Positions 46,752 to 56,965 of a DNA stretch of 64,000 bases are shown here, in pieces. The DNA lies in NCBI GenBank assembly GCA_963783375.1, contig CAWANH010000029.1:1376001-1440000 (forward strand), in the 5' to 3' direction. The notes beneath the pieces were generated by a model that made no database searches, was not told the origin of the DNA, and saw nothing but the letters and a program-made list of their open reading frames with translations. Both the position numbers and the translations under genes were made by a program. Position 1 is the stretch's first letter; every line of letters begins with the position of its first letter. Source of the DNA: Candidatus Eiseniibacteriota bacterium (GTDB lineage Bacteria; Eisenbacteria; RBG-16-71-46; JABDJR01).

Positions 46752-49439
46752 ATGCCGAAGCGCCTTGTCATCGTGGAGTCCCCGGCCAAAGCCCGCACCA
46801 TATCGCGGTACCTGGGGAAGGACTTCATCGTCGATTCCAGCATCGGCCACATCCGGGACCTCCCGGGCAACGCGGCGCAGATCCCCGCCGGCCTCAAGAA
46901 GGAGCCCTGGGCCCGGCTCGGGGTCAACGTGGAGAACGACTTCGAGCCCCTCTACGTGGTCCCCTCCGAGAAGAAGAAGAAGGTGAGCGAGCTCAAGGCC
47001 GCGCTCAAGGGCGCCGACGAGCTGCTCCTGGCCACCGACGAGGACCGCGAGGGGGAGGCGATTTCCTGGCACCTGGTGGAGCTCTTGAAGCCCAAGGTGC
47101 CCTACCGGCGGCTCGTCTTCCACGAGATCACCCGCGAGGCCATCCAGGGCGCCCTCGACCACACCCGCCCCATCGACCAGCGGCTGGTCTCGGCCCAGGA
47201 AACCCGGCGAATCCTGGACCGGCTCTTCGGCTACGAGGTCTCGCCGCTCTTGTGGAAGAAGATCGGGCCGAGGCTCTCGGCCGGCCGGGTCCAGAGCGTG
47301 GCCATCCGGATGATCGTGATCCGGGAGCGCGCGCGGATGCGGTTCCGGGAGAGCGTGTACTGGGATCTCGATGGGACCTTCCGCACTGCCGCAGGGAAGG
47401 ATTTCGGGGCGCGCCTGGTGTCCCTGGGCGGGAGCCGGGTGGCCACCGGGAAGGACTTCGACCCGGAAACCGGCCGGCTGGCCAACGCCGACGCGGTCCT
47501 GGTGGACGAGGCGCGGGCCCGCAGCCTGGCGAAATCGCTCACCGAGGCCTCGTGGCGGGTTACCGAGACCGAGACCAAGGGATTCGTGCAGACCCCCCCC
47601 GCCCCCTTCACCACCAGCACCCTCCAGCAGGAGGGGGCGCGGAAGCTCCGCTACTCGGCCCGTCGCACCATGCAGGTGGCCCAGCGCCTCTACGAGAACG
47701 GCTACATCACCTACATGCGGACCGACTCCACCACCCTTTCGGAGCAGGCCATCGGCGCGGCCCGCCGGGCGGTCACCGCGCTCTACGACGAGAGCTACCT
47801 GTCCAAGTCCCCCCGCCAATTCAAGACCAAGGTCAAGAATGCCCAGGAGGCCCACGAGGCCATCCGCCCGGCCGGCGACCAGTTCCGGACCCCCGTCTCG
47901 ATCAAGGGGGAGCTCACCGCCGAGGAGTTCAAGCTCTACGAGCTCATCTGGATGCGCACCCTGGCCGGCCAGATGGCCGAGGCCCGGGGGCGGCGGATGA
48001 CCGTGCGCCTGGCCGCCGACGACGCGGTGTTCCAGGCCTCGGGGAAGGTCATCGACTTTCCCGGGTTCCTCCGGGTCTACGTCGAGGGCTCGGACGATCC
48101 CCAGGCGGACCTGGCCGAGCAGGAGTCGATCCTCCCCGACATGAAGGAAGGGGATCCCCTGACCTGTCGCGGGCTCGAACCGAAGGAGCACCGGACCCAG
48201 CCTCCGGCCCGCTTCACCGAGGCTTCGCTGGTGAAGGAGCTGGAGGCCAACGGGATCGGACGCCCCAGCACCTACGCCAGCATCATCGACACCATCCAGC
48301 GCCGCGAGTACACCTTCAAGAAGGGCTCGGCCCTGGTCCCCACCTGGCTCGCCTTCGCGGTGGTGAACCTCCTGGAGAACCACTTCCCCGAGCTGGTGGA
48401 CGCGGGGTTCACCGCGCGGATGGAGGACGACCTCGACGCCATCTCCCGGGGGGAGGCGGAGTCGCTCCCCTACCTGAAGAATTTTTATTTCGGAAACGGC
48501 CAAAAGGGATTGAAGCCCCAGCTCGAGCTGAAGGTGGAGAAGATCGACCCGCGCACGATCTGCACCATCGTCCTGGGGAAGGACGAGGAGGGCCGCGAGG
48601 TGGCGGTCCGGGTCGGCCGCTACGGCCCGTTCCTCCAGCGGGACGAGGACACCTCGCCGATCCCGGACGGGACGCCTCCGGACGAGCTGACCCTGGAGCG
48701 GGCGAAGGAGTTGCTCGCCACCGCCCAGCAGGGACCGCGGGTTCTGGGAAGCGATCCCGAGACCGGGGCCGAGGTCACGGTGCGGGACGGGCGCTTCGGG
48801 CCCTACGTCCAGCTTGGCGAGGCCGAGGGGAAGAAAAAGCCCAAGACCCAGTCCCTCCTCAAGACCATGACCACGGAATCGGTGGATCTGGCGACCGCGC
48901 TCAATCTCCTGAGCCTCCCCCGGGTAGTGGGGCAGGACGAGAACGGCGAGGACGTGATGGTGGCCTACGGTCGGTTCGGACCGTATCTGAAGCGGGGGAA
49001 GGACACCCGGAGCCTGGAACGGGAAGAGCAGGTCTTCACCGTGACCCTTGAGGAGGCGCTCCACATCCTGGCCCAGCCCAAGAAGGGCCGGAGGCGGGGA
49101 TCGGAACCGCTCAAGGTGCTGGGGGCCGCGCCCGACCTGGACGGGGCGGAGGTGAAGCTCATGGAGGGCCGGTTCGGGCCCTACGTCACCGACGGCGCCA
49201 CCAATGCCTCGATCCCGAGGGGAACCGACCCGGAGAGCGTGAACCTGGAACAGGCGGTCCACCTGATCCAGGAACGGAGGGCCCGCGGGCCGGCCCGGAA
49301 GAAGACGACGCGAAAGAAGACGGGGGGCACGGGCAAGACCGGCGGCCGGAAGAAGACCGCGGCCAAGAAAACCTCGCGGAAGAAGACGGCTCGCAAGAAG
49401 AGCGCGACCAAGAAAGCGAGCAAGAAGGCTTCGAAATGA
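46752..49439 (+). CDS. topA: Type IA DNA topoisomerase I with Topo_C repeats and Lys-rich tail
   Basis: LVIVESPAKA, ATDEDREGE, SAGRVQS, GYITYMRTDS and repeated GRFGPY. Confidence 0.97.
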   Translation: MPKRLVIVESPAKARTISRYLGKDFIVDSSIGHIRDLPGNAAQIPAGLKKEPWARLGVNVENDFEPLYVVPSEKKKKVSELKAALKGADELLLATDEDREGEAISWHLVELLKPKVPYRRLVFHEITREAIQGALDHTRPIDQRLVSAQETRRILDRLFGYEVSPLLWKKIGPRLSAGRVQSVAIRMIVIRERARMRFRESVYWDLDGTFRTAAGKDFGARLVSLGGSRVATGKDFDPETGRLANADAVLVDEARARSLAKSLTEASWRVTETETKGFVQTPPAPFTTSTLQQEGARKLRYSARRTMQVAQRLYENGYITYMRTDSTTLSEQAIGAARRAVTALYDESYLSKSPRQFKTKVKNAQEAHEAIRPAGDQFRTPVSIKGELTAEEFKLYELIWMRTLAGQMAEARGRRMTVRLAADDAVFQASGKVIDFPGFLRVYVEGSDDPQADLAEQESILPDMKEGDPLTCRGLEPKEHRTQPPARFTEASLVKELEANGIGRPSTYASIIDTIQRREYTFKKGSALVPTWLAFAVVNLLENHFPELVDAGFTARMEDDLDAISRGEAESLPYLKNFYFGNGQKGLKPQLELKVEKIDPRTICTIVLGKDEEGREVAVRVGRYGPFLQRDEDTSPIPDGTPPDELTLERAKELLATAQQGPRVLGSDPETGAEVTVRDGRFGPYVQLGEAEGKKKPKTQSLLKTMTTESVDLATALNLLSLPRVVGQDENGEDVMVAYGRFGPYLKRGKDTRSLEREEQVFTVTLEEALHILAQPKKGRRRGSEPLKVLGAAPDLDGAEVKLMEGRFGPYVTDGATNASIPRGTDPESVNLEQAVHLIQERRARGPARKKTTRKKTGGTGKTGGRKKTAAKKTSRKKTARKKSATKKASKKASK

Positions 49440-50242
49440 CGAACCGGCCGGCGCGGCCGGGACCGGTCCTTCGACCGGCGGGCGGTCCCTGGCCGGCTAT
49501 CCTCCTCCTTCTCCTCCCGGCCTTCCTGGCCTCCGGCCTCGCCTGCGCCACCGCCCCCAAACCGGTCACCGCCTACGTCGCCGCGTCCCTGGTGGACGTG
49601 ATGGAGCGGGCGGCGCGGGAGTACGCCAAGACGGGAGGGGGGCCGGTGGACGTCCGCCCGGGCGGCTCCGGCGCCCTGGCCGTGCAGATAGAAAACGGCG
49701 CCCCCGCGGACCTCTACGCATCCGCCGATCCCCGCTGGATGGACGAGCTGGAGGAGAAGGGCCTGATCGGGAAGGGAACCGCCCGGACCCTGGCCTGGAA
49801 TTCCCTGGTCCTGGTGGTGCCCAAGGACTCCCGGGTGATGGACAGGGGGTTCTCGACGGTGACCGATTTCCGGAAGATCGCCATCGGCGACCCCGCATCC
49901 GTCCCCGCGGGACGCTACGCCGAGCAGGCCCTCAAGAATCTCTACCTGTGGAAGGACGCCCAGGACCGCCTGGTCGAGACCCCCGACGTCCGCGCCGCCC
50001 TGGCCCTGGTGGAGCGCGGCGAGGTGGACGCGGGGATCGTCTACGGGACCGACGCCCTGTTGAGCGAGAAGATCCGGATCCTGGCCCGGCTCGGCGCGGA
50101 CACCCACGATCCGATCGTGTACATGGCCGCGGTGCTGAAGGATTCCCGGCATTCGTCGGAGGCGACGGACTTCCTGGATTTTCTGACCGGCCCGAAGGGA
50201 AAAGAGATCTTCACCGGGTACGGGTTCCAGGGGGGCGAGTGA
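49436..50242 (+). CDS. modA: Molybdate ABC substrate-binding protein
   Basis: AASL, GSGALAVQIENGAPADLYASA, VPAGRYA and GIVYGTDA. Confidence 0.92.
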   Translation: MTNRPARPGPVLRPAGGPWPAILLLLLPAFLASGLACATAPKPVTAYVAASLVDVMERAAREYAKTGGGPVDVRPGGSGALAVQIENGAPADLYASADPRWMDELEEKGLIGKGTARTLAWNSLVLVVPKDSRVMDRGFSTVTDFRKIAIGDPASVPAGRYAEQALKNLYLWKDAQDRLVETPDVRAALALVERGEVDAGIVYGTDALLSEKIRILARLGADTHDPIVYMAAVLKDSRHSSEATDFLDFLTGPKGKEIFTGYGFQGGE

Positions 50243-50284
50243 TCCCCGCCGGCCGGTCCCGGCGCGGAACCGAGCGATCGTGAC

Positions 50285-50969
50285 GTGATCCTCACCCCCG
50301 CCGAATGGTCGGCGCTTCGCATGTCGCTGCTCGTGGCCGGGGCGTCCCTGGTGGTGGCGCTCCCCGCGGGGGTGGCCCTGGGCTGGATCTTCGCCCGGCG
50401 CCGGTTCTTCGGCAAAGCCGTGCTCGAGGCGGTGGTCTTCCTCCCCCTGGTGCTTCCGCCGGTGGTGACCGGGTACCTGTTGTTGATGGTCTTCGGCCGG
50501 AACGGCTGGGTGGGACGGCTGCTCTGGGACGTTCTCGGTCTCCAGGTGGTGTTCACCTGGGTGGGGATGGCCCTGGCCGCGGCGGTGGTGGGGCTCCCGC
50601 TCCTGGTTCGCGCGGTCCGCCTCACCTTCGAGGGGGTGGATCCCGGGCTGGAGTCCGCCGCCCGTACCCTGGGGGCGGGACCCTGGCGGACCTTCTGGCG
50701 GGTGACGTTGCCGCTGGCGCGGCCGGGGATCGTGGCCGGAGGGCCTCCTGGCTTTCGCCCGCGGGCTGGGCGAGTTCGGGGCCACGGTCATGGTGGCGCC
50801 CAACGTGGCCGGCACCCGGACCCTGGCCCTGGAGATCTATCGCCAGGCCGCGATCCCCGGGGGGGAGGCCGCGGTCGGCCGGCTGGCGCTCATCTCCATC
50901 GCCCTCTCACTGGCCGCGCTCCTCGGGACCGAGTGGTTCGGCCGGCGCGGGCGGAGGCGTGAGCGATGA
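50285..50969 (+). CDS. modB: Molybdate ABC permease with an apparent +1 frameshift near 50742
   Basis: LPLVLPPVVTG and ESAARTLGA. The conserved LLAFARGLGEFGATVMVA continues one base out of frame after GGAGGGC; stop at 50967-50969. Confidence 0.85.
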
Positions 50970-50971
50970 TC

Positions 50972-51212
50972 CGGGCGGCGCGCACCCCCATGATCCTTGA
51001 CCTGGGTGGGTCCTCCACCGCCGATCGTTCCGAAAGGCGGGCGCGATGAGGCGGGCGGCGCGCACCCCCATGATCCTGGGTCCGGGCAGGTCCTCGACCG
51101 CCGAACGCTCCGAAAGGCGGGCGCGGTGAGGCGGGCGGCGCGCACCCCCATGATCCTTGGTCCTGGGCGGGTCCTCGACCGCCGAACGCTCCGAAAGGCG
51201 GGCGCGGTGATC
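50972..51212 (+). repeat. Three tandem ~80-bp repeats between modB and modC
   Basis: CGGGCGGCGCGCACCCCCATGATCC starts at 50972, 51052 and 51132; each unit ends CCGAAAGGCGGGCGCG(A/G)TGA. Confidence 0.92.
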
Positions 51213-52262
51213 CGCATCGATCTGGATCTACGTCGCGGATCCTTCCCGGTGACGATGGCCTTCGAGTCCGGGGCCCGGGTGAGCGGGCTGTTCGGCCCCT
51301 CGGGGAGCGGCAAGACCACCGTGCTCATGGCCCTGGCCGGGCTCCTGACCCCGCTCCGCGGCCACGTCGAGATCGGCGGGACCGTCCTCTTCGATTCGGC
51401 CCGGAACGTGAACCTGCCTCCGGAGAAACGCCGGGTGGGGATGGTCTTCCAGGAGGGCCGGCTCTTCCCCCACATGAGCGTGCGCGAGAACCTCGAGTTC
51501 GCCCGCCCCCTTCGCACCGTGACCGGGCCGGGGTTCGACGAGGTGGTGCACCTGTTCGATCTCGAGCCGCTCCTCCCGCGCGCGGTGGACGCGATCTCGG
51601 GAGGGCAGGCCCGGCTGGTGGCGGTGGCCCGGGCGCTCCTGGTGAAACCCCGGCTCTTGCTCCTGGACGAGCCCATGACCGGCCTCGACCCCGATCTCCG
51701 CCGCCGGGTGCTGGCGTATCTCCTGCGGCTCCGCGAGACCATGGACGTCCGGGTGCTCCTGGTGAGCCATGTCTTCTCGGATTTTCTGGCCCTGGTCGAG
51801 GAAATGGCCCTGGTGAGGGGCGGGGCCCTGGCCGCGTTCGGCCCGCCGGAAGAGCTCATGGGGTCGGCCCTGGACGGGGCCGAGGCCGGATCGGTGGAGA
51901 CCACCCTCTCGGGAAAGGTCGTCGAGACGGTGGAGGGGCGGGCGGTGGTCGCGTGCGGGGGGGCGCGGCTGGAGCTGTCGTTGCCTTCGGCGCGCGTGGG
52001 GTCCGAGGCCTACGTGACCGTGGGCGCCGAGGACGTGCTGGTCGCGGTGGGCGGCGCCCCGGTCACCAGCGCCCGGAACGCGATCCCCGGCCGGGTGCTC
52101 GAGCTTCGACCGGCGGGGGCCAATGTCCTGGTGGCGGTGAACGCGGGCCCGGTGATCTGGGCCGAGATCACCCGGCGCTCGATCGAGGACCTGGGGATTG
52201 CTACGGGGCGCGAGGTGCATCTGTTGGTCAAGTCGAGCGCGCTTCGGGGGGTGGTGATCTGA
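51207..52262 (+). CDS. modC: Molybdate ABC ATPase (alternative in-frame GTG at 51126)
   Basis: GPSGSGKT, VFQEGRLFPHMSV, ISGGQ, LLLLDEP and TOBE TSARN. Confidence 0.92.
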   Translation: MIRIDLDLRRGSFPVTMAFESGARVSGLFGPSGSGKTTVLMALAGLLTPLRGHVEIGGTVLFDSARNVNLPPEKRRVGMVFQEGRLFPHMSVRENLEFARPLRTVTGPGFDEVVHLFDLEPLLPRAVDAISGGQARLVAVARALLVKPRLLLLDEPMTGLDPDLRRRVLAYLLRLRETMDVRVLLVSHVFSDFLALVEEMALVRGGALAAFGPPEELMGSALDGAEAGSVETTLSGKVVETVEGRAVVACGGARLELSLPSARVGSEAYVTVGAEDVLVAVGGAPVTSARNAIPGRVLELRPAGANVLVAVNAGPVIWAEITRRSIEDLGIATGREVHLLVKSSALRGVVI

Positions 52263-52450
52263 GGAGCGCCCGGGAGCGCGTCTCACCCAGCTCATGCAGG
52301 ACGCCGCAATGACATCGCGCGTTTGCATTGCATGAGTTCGGCTGGGTTGGGAAGACGCCGTGGTGCCGGACCGCGCCCATCGCCACTCGGGCTCATCCGG
52401 AGTTCAGGAGCGCCCGGGAGCGCGTCTCACCCAGCTCATGCAGGACGCCG
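52262..52450. repeat. Perfect 45-bp direct repeat (52262-52306 and 52406-52450)
   Basis: AGGAGCGCCCGGGAGCGCGTCTCACCCAGCTCATGCAGGACGCCG occurs twice; the second copy is within the 3' end of the HNH gene. Confidence 0.9.
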
Positions 52451-54081
52451 TGGCACCCGGAGCAGAGGGTTACGAGATTCTCCGCCCGGTTCGAGCCGCC
52501 CGCGGCCCGCGGGCGCACGTGGTGCACCTCCAGAAAGCGGCTCCGTCCGCAGCCGGGCATTCGGCAGCGATGGGCGTCCCGGACCAGAACCTCCCGCCGC
52601 ACCTTGGGGGGAATCGCGGCACGGTTCTTCTCCCCCGGTTGCCGGATTCGGGCATCGCAGAGGACGGCTTCCAGCTGGTGACGGCTCACCGCCCGCTCGC
52701 CGCGGCCGGTACCAACGAACCCGCGGCCGCAGTCCTCGCACCGGCGGACGAAGACCTGGTAGGGCGGGTGGGCCGGCGCCGTCTGCCGGGCTATCCCGGA
52801 CCCTTCCGCTTTCCCCGGGTATCTACTTGTGGCGCTTGTGATTGACTGAGGTTCAACCGGAGCCGCCGGCTGGGAACCACCGGCCGTTCCTGGCAACTGG
52901 GAATCACCGGCCGGGCCGGCTGGGTGGGAATCGCCGGCCGGGCCGGCTGGGTGGGAATCGCCGGCCATTGCGACCGAGTGGGAACCACGGGCCGGGGCGG
53001 GCGGTTGGGAACCACCGGCCCTCCCGGCCCGCGGTGCGCTTTCAATCCCCCGCCGCTCACTCAGGAGCGCCTCGAGCGCGGCGAGGAGGATCTCGTTCCG
53101 GCTGCCCTTCTCGCCGGTCTTCCTGAGGGCTTCGATCAGGGCCTCGTAGCGGGCGTACTCCAGGGGGCTCAACCGATAGCCCAGGTCCACCGGGACCTCC
53201 ACGGCGGGAAAATCCACATCGGCGTCGTCCACGGGGAAAGTCTCCAGGGCTTGGGTATGCGCCGCGAGGGTTCCCGCCGGGTGGGCCTCCGTGGCCGGGG
53301 AGTCGGTTTCCGAGACCGGATCGCCAGGGATCGCCACCGGCGCACCGTTAGACCGCACGTCGCTTGACGCCAGGGCATCCACCCGCACGCCATTCGACCG
53401 CACGTCGCTTGACGCCAGGGCATCCACCCGGACGCCATTCGACCGCACGTCGCTTGACGCCAGGGCATCCACCCGCACGCCATTCGACCGCACGTCGCTT
53501 GACGCCAGGGCATCCACCCGGACGCCGTTCGACCGCACGTCGCTTGATGCCAGGGCATCCACCCGCACGCCGTTTGAGGGTACGCCGCTCGACCTGGCGC
53601 CGTTCGACCGCACGCCATCCGCCCCCTGAACCAACGCGAGCCCGCCCTGGGCCGGATTCCGCCGGCGGGCGGCCCGGGCCCGCGACCGGGTGGCGCGGAT
53701 CTTCCGCTCCAGGGCGCGCCGACTCGAACCCCTGGCCTCCCGGAGCCAGGCCGCCTCGGTCTCGGGGGTGGCCACCCGGGCCACTTCGCGGGCCGTGGTC
53801 CAGGGGACGTCCCCCGACGCGACCGACTTCCTCAACCCCGGGAGGTGCTCCAGCGCCTCGGCAAGCTTCAGGAACTGGGCGGTCTTCCCGGATGAAAATC
53901 CCAACCGCTCCCCGGCGTACTGATGGACGGACGAGTATCCGAGTTCCCGGTAGAGCTTCCGGCGGACCATCTCTCCGAACCATAGGACGGAGCGCTCTTC
54001 GGCGGCCCGGTACTCCTGCAACGCGCCGCGGAGATGCGCATCCACCTCTTCTGCTGAGAGACCGGGGCGATATTCGGCCAT
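52393..54081 (-). CDS. HNH endonuclease, DUF222-like architecture, with low-complexity internal repeats
   Basis: C-terminal RDAHRCRMPGC...EVHHV...GGSNRAENLVTLCSGCH; N-terminal LYRELGYSSV; SD GGAGG before ATG 54081. Confidence 0.85.
   Translation of the reverse strand: MAEYRPGLSAEEVDAHLRGALQEYRAAEERSVLWFGEMVRRKLYRELGYSSVHQYAGERLGFSSGKTAQFLKLAEALEHLPGLRKSVASGDVPWTTAREVARVATPETEAAWLREARGSSRRALERKIRATRSRARAARRRNPAQGGLALVQGADGVRSNGARSSGVPSNGVRVDALASSDVRSNGVRVDALASSDVRSNGVRVDALASSDVRSNGVRVDALASSDVRSNGVRVDALASSDVRSNGAPVAIPGDPVSETDSPATEAHPAGTLAAHTQALETFPVDDADVDFPAVEVPVDLGYRLSPLEYARYEALIEALRKTGEKGSRNEILLAALEALLSERRGIESAPRAGRAGGSQPPAPARGSHSVAMAGDSHPAGPAGDSHPAGPAGDSQLPGTAGGSQPAAPVEPQSITSATSRYPGKAEGSGIARQTAPAHPPYQVFVRRCEDCGRGFVGTGRGERAVSRHQLEAVLCDARIRQPGEKNRAAIPPKVRREVLVRDAHRCRMPGCGRSRFLEVHHVRPRAAGGSNRAENLVTLCSGCHGVLHELGETRSRALLNSG
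53351..53575. repeat. 5 x 45-bp coding tandem repeat (SNGVRVDALASSDVR)
   Basis: GACCGCACGTCGCTTGA at 53351, 53396, 53441, 53486 and 53531. Confidence 0.95.
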
Positions 54082-54361
54082 GGGAACCTCCAGGAGCTTG
54101 TTTCTACGATTGCTATTCATTTGACTAGTATCGCGTGTGCGAGCACGAGGGTCAACTCTTTATTCTAGATTCGCTCATGAAATCGAAGCACTTGGCCGGC
54201 CCTGACCGCCGCGCCCATCACGAACCCCTTATTGCGAACATTGCTTCCCCGGGGAAGCACGGCCGGCGCGGCCGAGGGGACGGTGCCCCTTCGGATGAGG
54301 CGCGCCTCTGGAGGCGCGATGGGAGCGAAGCGGGACCCGTCGCGCCGAGAGAGCGAGCGCG

Positions 54362-54519
54362 GGAACGTCCAAGCGAACGTTCCGAGCGAGCACGGCGTGC
54401 CGAGCCGATGGGGCCCGGCCCGGACCGCCGCGTCGGAGGAGCGCGTGAAGGAACGTCCGGCGAACGTTCCGAGCGAGCGCGGCGTGCCGAGCCGATGGGA
54501 CCCGGCCCGGACCGCCGCG
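54362..54519. repeat. Two ~70-bp intergenic direct repeats (period ~88)
   Basis: GCGAACGTTCCGAGCGAGC(A/G)CGGCGTGCCGAGCCGATGGG(G/A)CCCGGCCCGGACCGCCGCG occurs twice. Confidence 0.8.
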
Positions 54520-54719
54520 CCAGAGTTCAGGGCCCGGGGCCCGGTCCGGTGGGCCGCGCCGGAGCCCAGCGCCCCTCCTGCGCATCCCTTGCCCGTGCGC
54601 TACAATCTCCCCTCGGAACGTGGAATCGCTCTCGGCCCGGGTGTTCCGTCCGCCGCCGCCACGAGTACCGCCGGTGCGGCGACAGATCATCCGGATCAGG
54701 CCCCAAAGGAGAACCGCCC

Positions 54720-54932
54720 GTGCCCATCAACAAGGAGTTGCTCGACATCCTGGTCTGCCCCGTATCCCACGCGCCCCTGGTCGTGGACGGCGAGACCCTG
54801 GTCTCGACCGACAAGGAGACCCGCCGCCGCTACAAGATCGATGACGGGATCCCCAACATGCTGATCGAGGAGTCCGAGGAACTGGACGAGGCGACCTGGT
54901 CCGCGATCATGAAGCAGCACGGGAAGGCATGA
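54720..54932 (+). CDS. Trm112-family protein
   Basis: LLDILVCPVS...YKIDDGIPNML; SD AAAGGAG before GTG 54720. Confidence 0.85.
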   Translation: MPINKELLDILVCPVSHAPLVVDGETLVSTDKETRRRYKIDDGIPNMLIEESEELDEATWSAIMKQHGKA

Positions 54933-55044
54933 TCCGCGGCCGCTCCCCCGCGAGGCCGCAGGTGGGGCCCGGCGTTACACCGCCCGTCCGCCGCCGCTCC
55001 CCCGCGGGGAGGCCGGCGGAGCCTCGCGCCCCTTTCCCCCGGCC

Positions 55045-56178
55045 ATGATCCGCGACGGGGCCCGCCACTTCCTGGACTTCGACGGCGAGACCTACCTGAA
55101 CTGCGCCAACCAGGGGCCGTTGCCTCGGGTGACGATCGCCGAGATCGAGGCGGCGATACCGGTCAAGGCGTACCCGAACCGCGTCGACGACGACATCTAC
55201 TTCCGGATCCCCAACCGCGTCCGCGCCGCCGTCGCTCCCCTGATCGGAGTCCGCCCCGAGGAGATCACCATCGGCACCGGGTCGTCCCACGGGATGAACG
55301 TGGCCGCCCTGGGGTTCCCCTGGCGCGAGGGCGACGAGGTGGTGATCGGATCCAACGAGTTCCCGAGCAACATCTACGTCTGGGCCAACGCGGCCCGCCG
55401 GGCCGGCGCGAAGCCGGTCTTCGTGGACTCCCCCACCCGCACGCTGCCCACGGCAAGGCTCATGGAAGCCATCACCGCCCGCACCCGCGCCGTGGTGGTG
55501 AGCCTGGTGGACTTCGGGAGCGGCGAGGTCCAGGACCTGGACCGCCTGGGGGCGGCCTGCGCCGAAGGCGGGATCTTCCTGGCCGTGGACGCCACCCAGG
55601 CCTGCGGGGTGGTGCCCCTCGATGCCCCCGCCCAGCACGTGAACCTCCTCACCGCGGCCGGCTACAAGTGGATGCTCGGCCCCTACGGGTGCGGGTTCGC
55701 CTGGCTGGATCCGGGGTGGTGGGACCGCATCGCCCCGACCTACGTCACCTGGACCGCGGCCGAGGGCGCGGAGAACTTCAACACCCTCCCCCGCGCGGAC
55801 TGGCAATGGGTGGGGACCGCCCGCCGCTACGATGCCCCCGAGGCGGCGTCGTTCCTGAACCTCTCGGGGTTGGCCCGGAGCGCGGAGTGGATCGGGGAGA
55901 TCGGCCTCGGCGCGATTCACGCGCACGTCACCGGACTGCTGGCGCACCTCGAACGGGATCTGCCGGCGCCGTTTCGCCGCCGGGCCACGCCGTCGGTGGT
56001 GGCCGGGCCGATCCTGGCCATCGAGGCCGACGATCCCGCCCCGGTTCACGCCGCGTATCAGCGCCTCCGCGATGCCCGGATCCGGGTGAGCCTTCGCGAG
56101 GACGCCATCCGGGTCTCGCCCCACGTCTATAACACCGAAGCGGACGTCGAGAGGCTATTGGCGCTTCTGGCCGGGTAG
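55045..56178 (+). CDS. Class V PLP-dependent aminotransferase (cysteine desulfurase/C-S lyase-like)
   Basis: YLNCANQGP, EFPSN, VDATQ, YKWMLGPYG and IRVSPHVYN. Confidence 0.88.
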   Translation: MIRDGARHFLDFDGETYLNCANQGPLPRVTIAEIEAAIPVKAYPNRVDDDIYFRIPNRVRAAVAPLIGVRPEEITIGTGSSHGMNVAALGFPWREGDEVVIGSNEFPSNIYVWANAARRAGAKPVFVDSPTRTLPTARLMEAITARTRAVVVSLVDFGSGEVQDLDRLGAACAEGGIFLAVDATQACGVVPLDAPAQHVNLLTAAGYKWMLGPYGCGFAWLDPGWWDRIAPTYVTWTAAEGAENFNTLPRADWQWVGTARRYDAPEAASFLNLSGLARSAEWIGEIGLGAIHAHVTGLLAHLERDLPAPFRRRATPSVVAGPILAIEADDPAPVHAAYQRLRDARIRVSLREDAIRVSPHVYNTEADVERLLALLAG

Positions 56179-56224
56179 GGAGCCTCGAGACCGCGAATAC
56201 CGAACCTAGGAGGCCCGCACCGCC

Positions 56225-56863
56225 ATGCCGGATTCCGCCGCCGCCGATCGACGCGAGCAACTCTTCCGCCGCGGACTGCGCCTTGAATATTTCAGCGTCG
56301 CCTGGGATCTGATCGAGGGCGGCGTGGCCTTGGCCGCGGGCATCGTCTCCGGAAGCACCGCACTCATCGCGTTCGGCGCGGACAGCGCGATCGAGGTGAT
56401 CTCGGCCCTCGCCCTGGTCCGGCGATTCCGCGAAGCGGGCCCCGAGGCCACCGAGGAAGAGCACGACGCGGCCGAACGCCGGGCGCTGGGTATCGTGGGG
56501 GTGACGTTCTTCCTGCTCGCGGCCTACGTCGCCTTCGAGAGCGTTCGCGGGCTCGTCCATCACGAGGCCCCGGAGCGCTCCCCGGTGGGGCTGGCGCTGG
56601 CGCTGGTCTCGCTCGTGGTCATGCCGCTGCTGGCCCGCGCCAAGCAGACCACCGGACGGGCGCTGAGGAGCAAGGCGCTCCAGGCCGACGGCGCCGAGAC
56701 CTGGGTCTGCGCGTATCTCTCGCTGGCCCTGGTCCTGGGAACCGGGCTCCACATGCTGTTCGGCTGGTGGTGGGCCGACGACGCGGCGGCGCTGGCCATG
56801 CTACCGGTGTTGCTATGGCAGGGATGGGAGACGCTGGAGGAGGCGCGGGAGGGGGAGGATTGA
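56225..56863 (+). CDS. CDF-family cation transporter (TM domain only)
   Basis: SGSTALIAFGADSAIE, SKALQAD and WWWAD. Confidence 0.82.
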   Translation: MPDSAAADRREQLFRRGLRLEYFSVAWDLIEGGVALAAGIVSGSTALIAFGADSAIEVISALALVRRFREAGPEATEEEHDAAERRALGIVGVTFFLLAAYVAFESVRGLVHHEAPERSPVGLALALVSLVVMPLLARAKQTTGRALRSKALQADGAETWVCAYLSLALVLGTGLHMLFGWWWADDAAALAMLPVLLWQGWETLEEAREGED

Positions 56864-56965
56864 CCGGGGCGGGTGTCGAGGGCGACCGAGCTGAGGTGCA
56901 CCGCCGGCTGGGGCTCGAAGCTGTGCTATAGTACCGGAGAACCCCCGGGCTTTGGGGAGAAACCC

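Noticed and set aside
50972-51212. CRISPR-like array
   Set aside because: Units are homologous along their full length, with no unique spacers and no cas genes.
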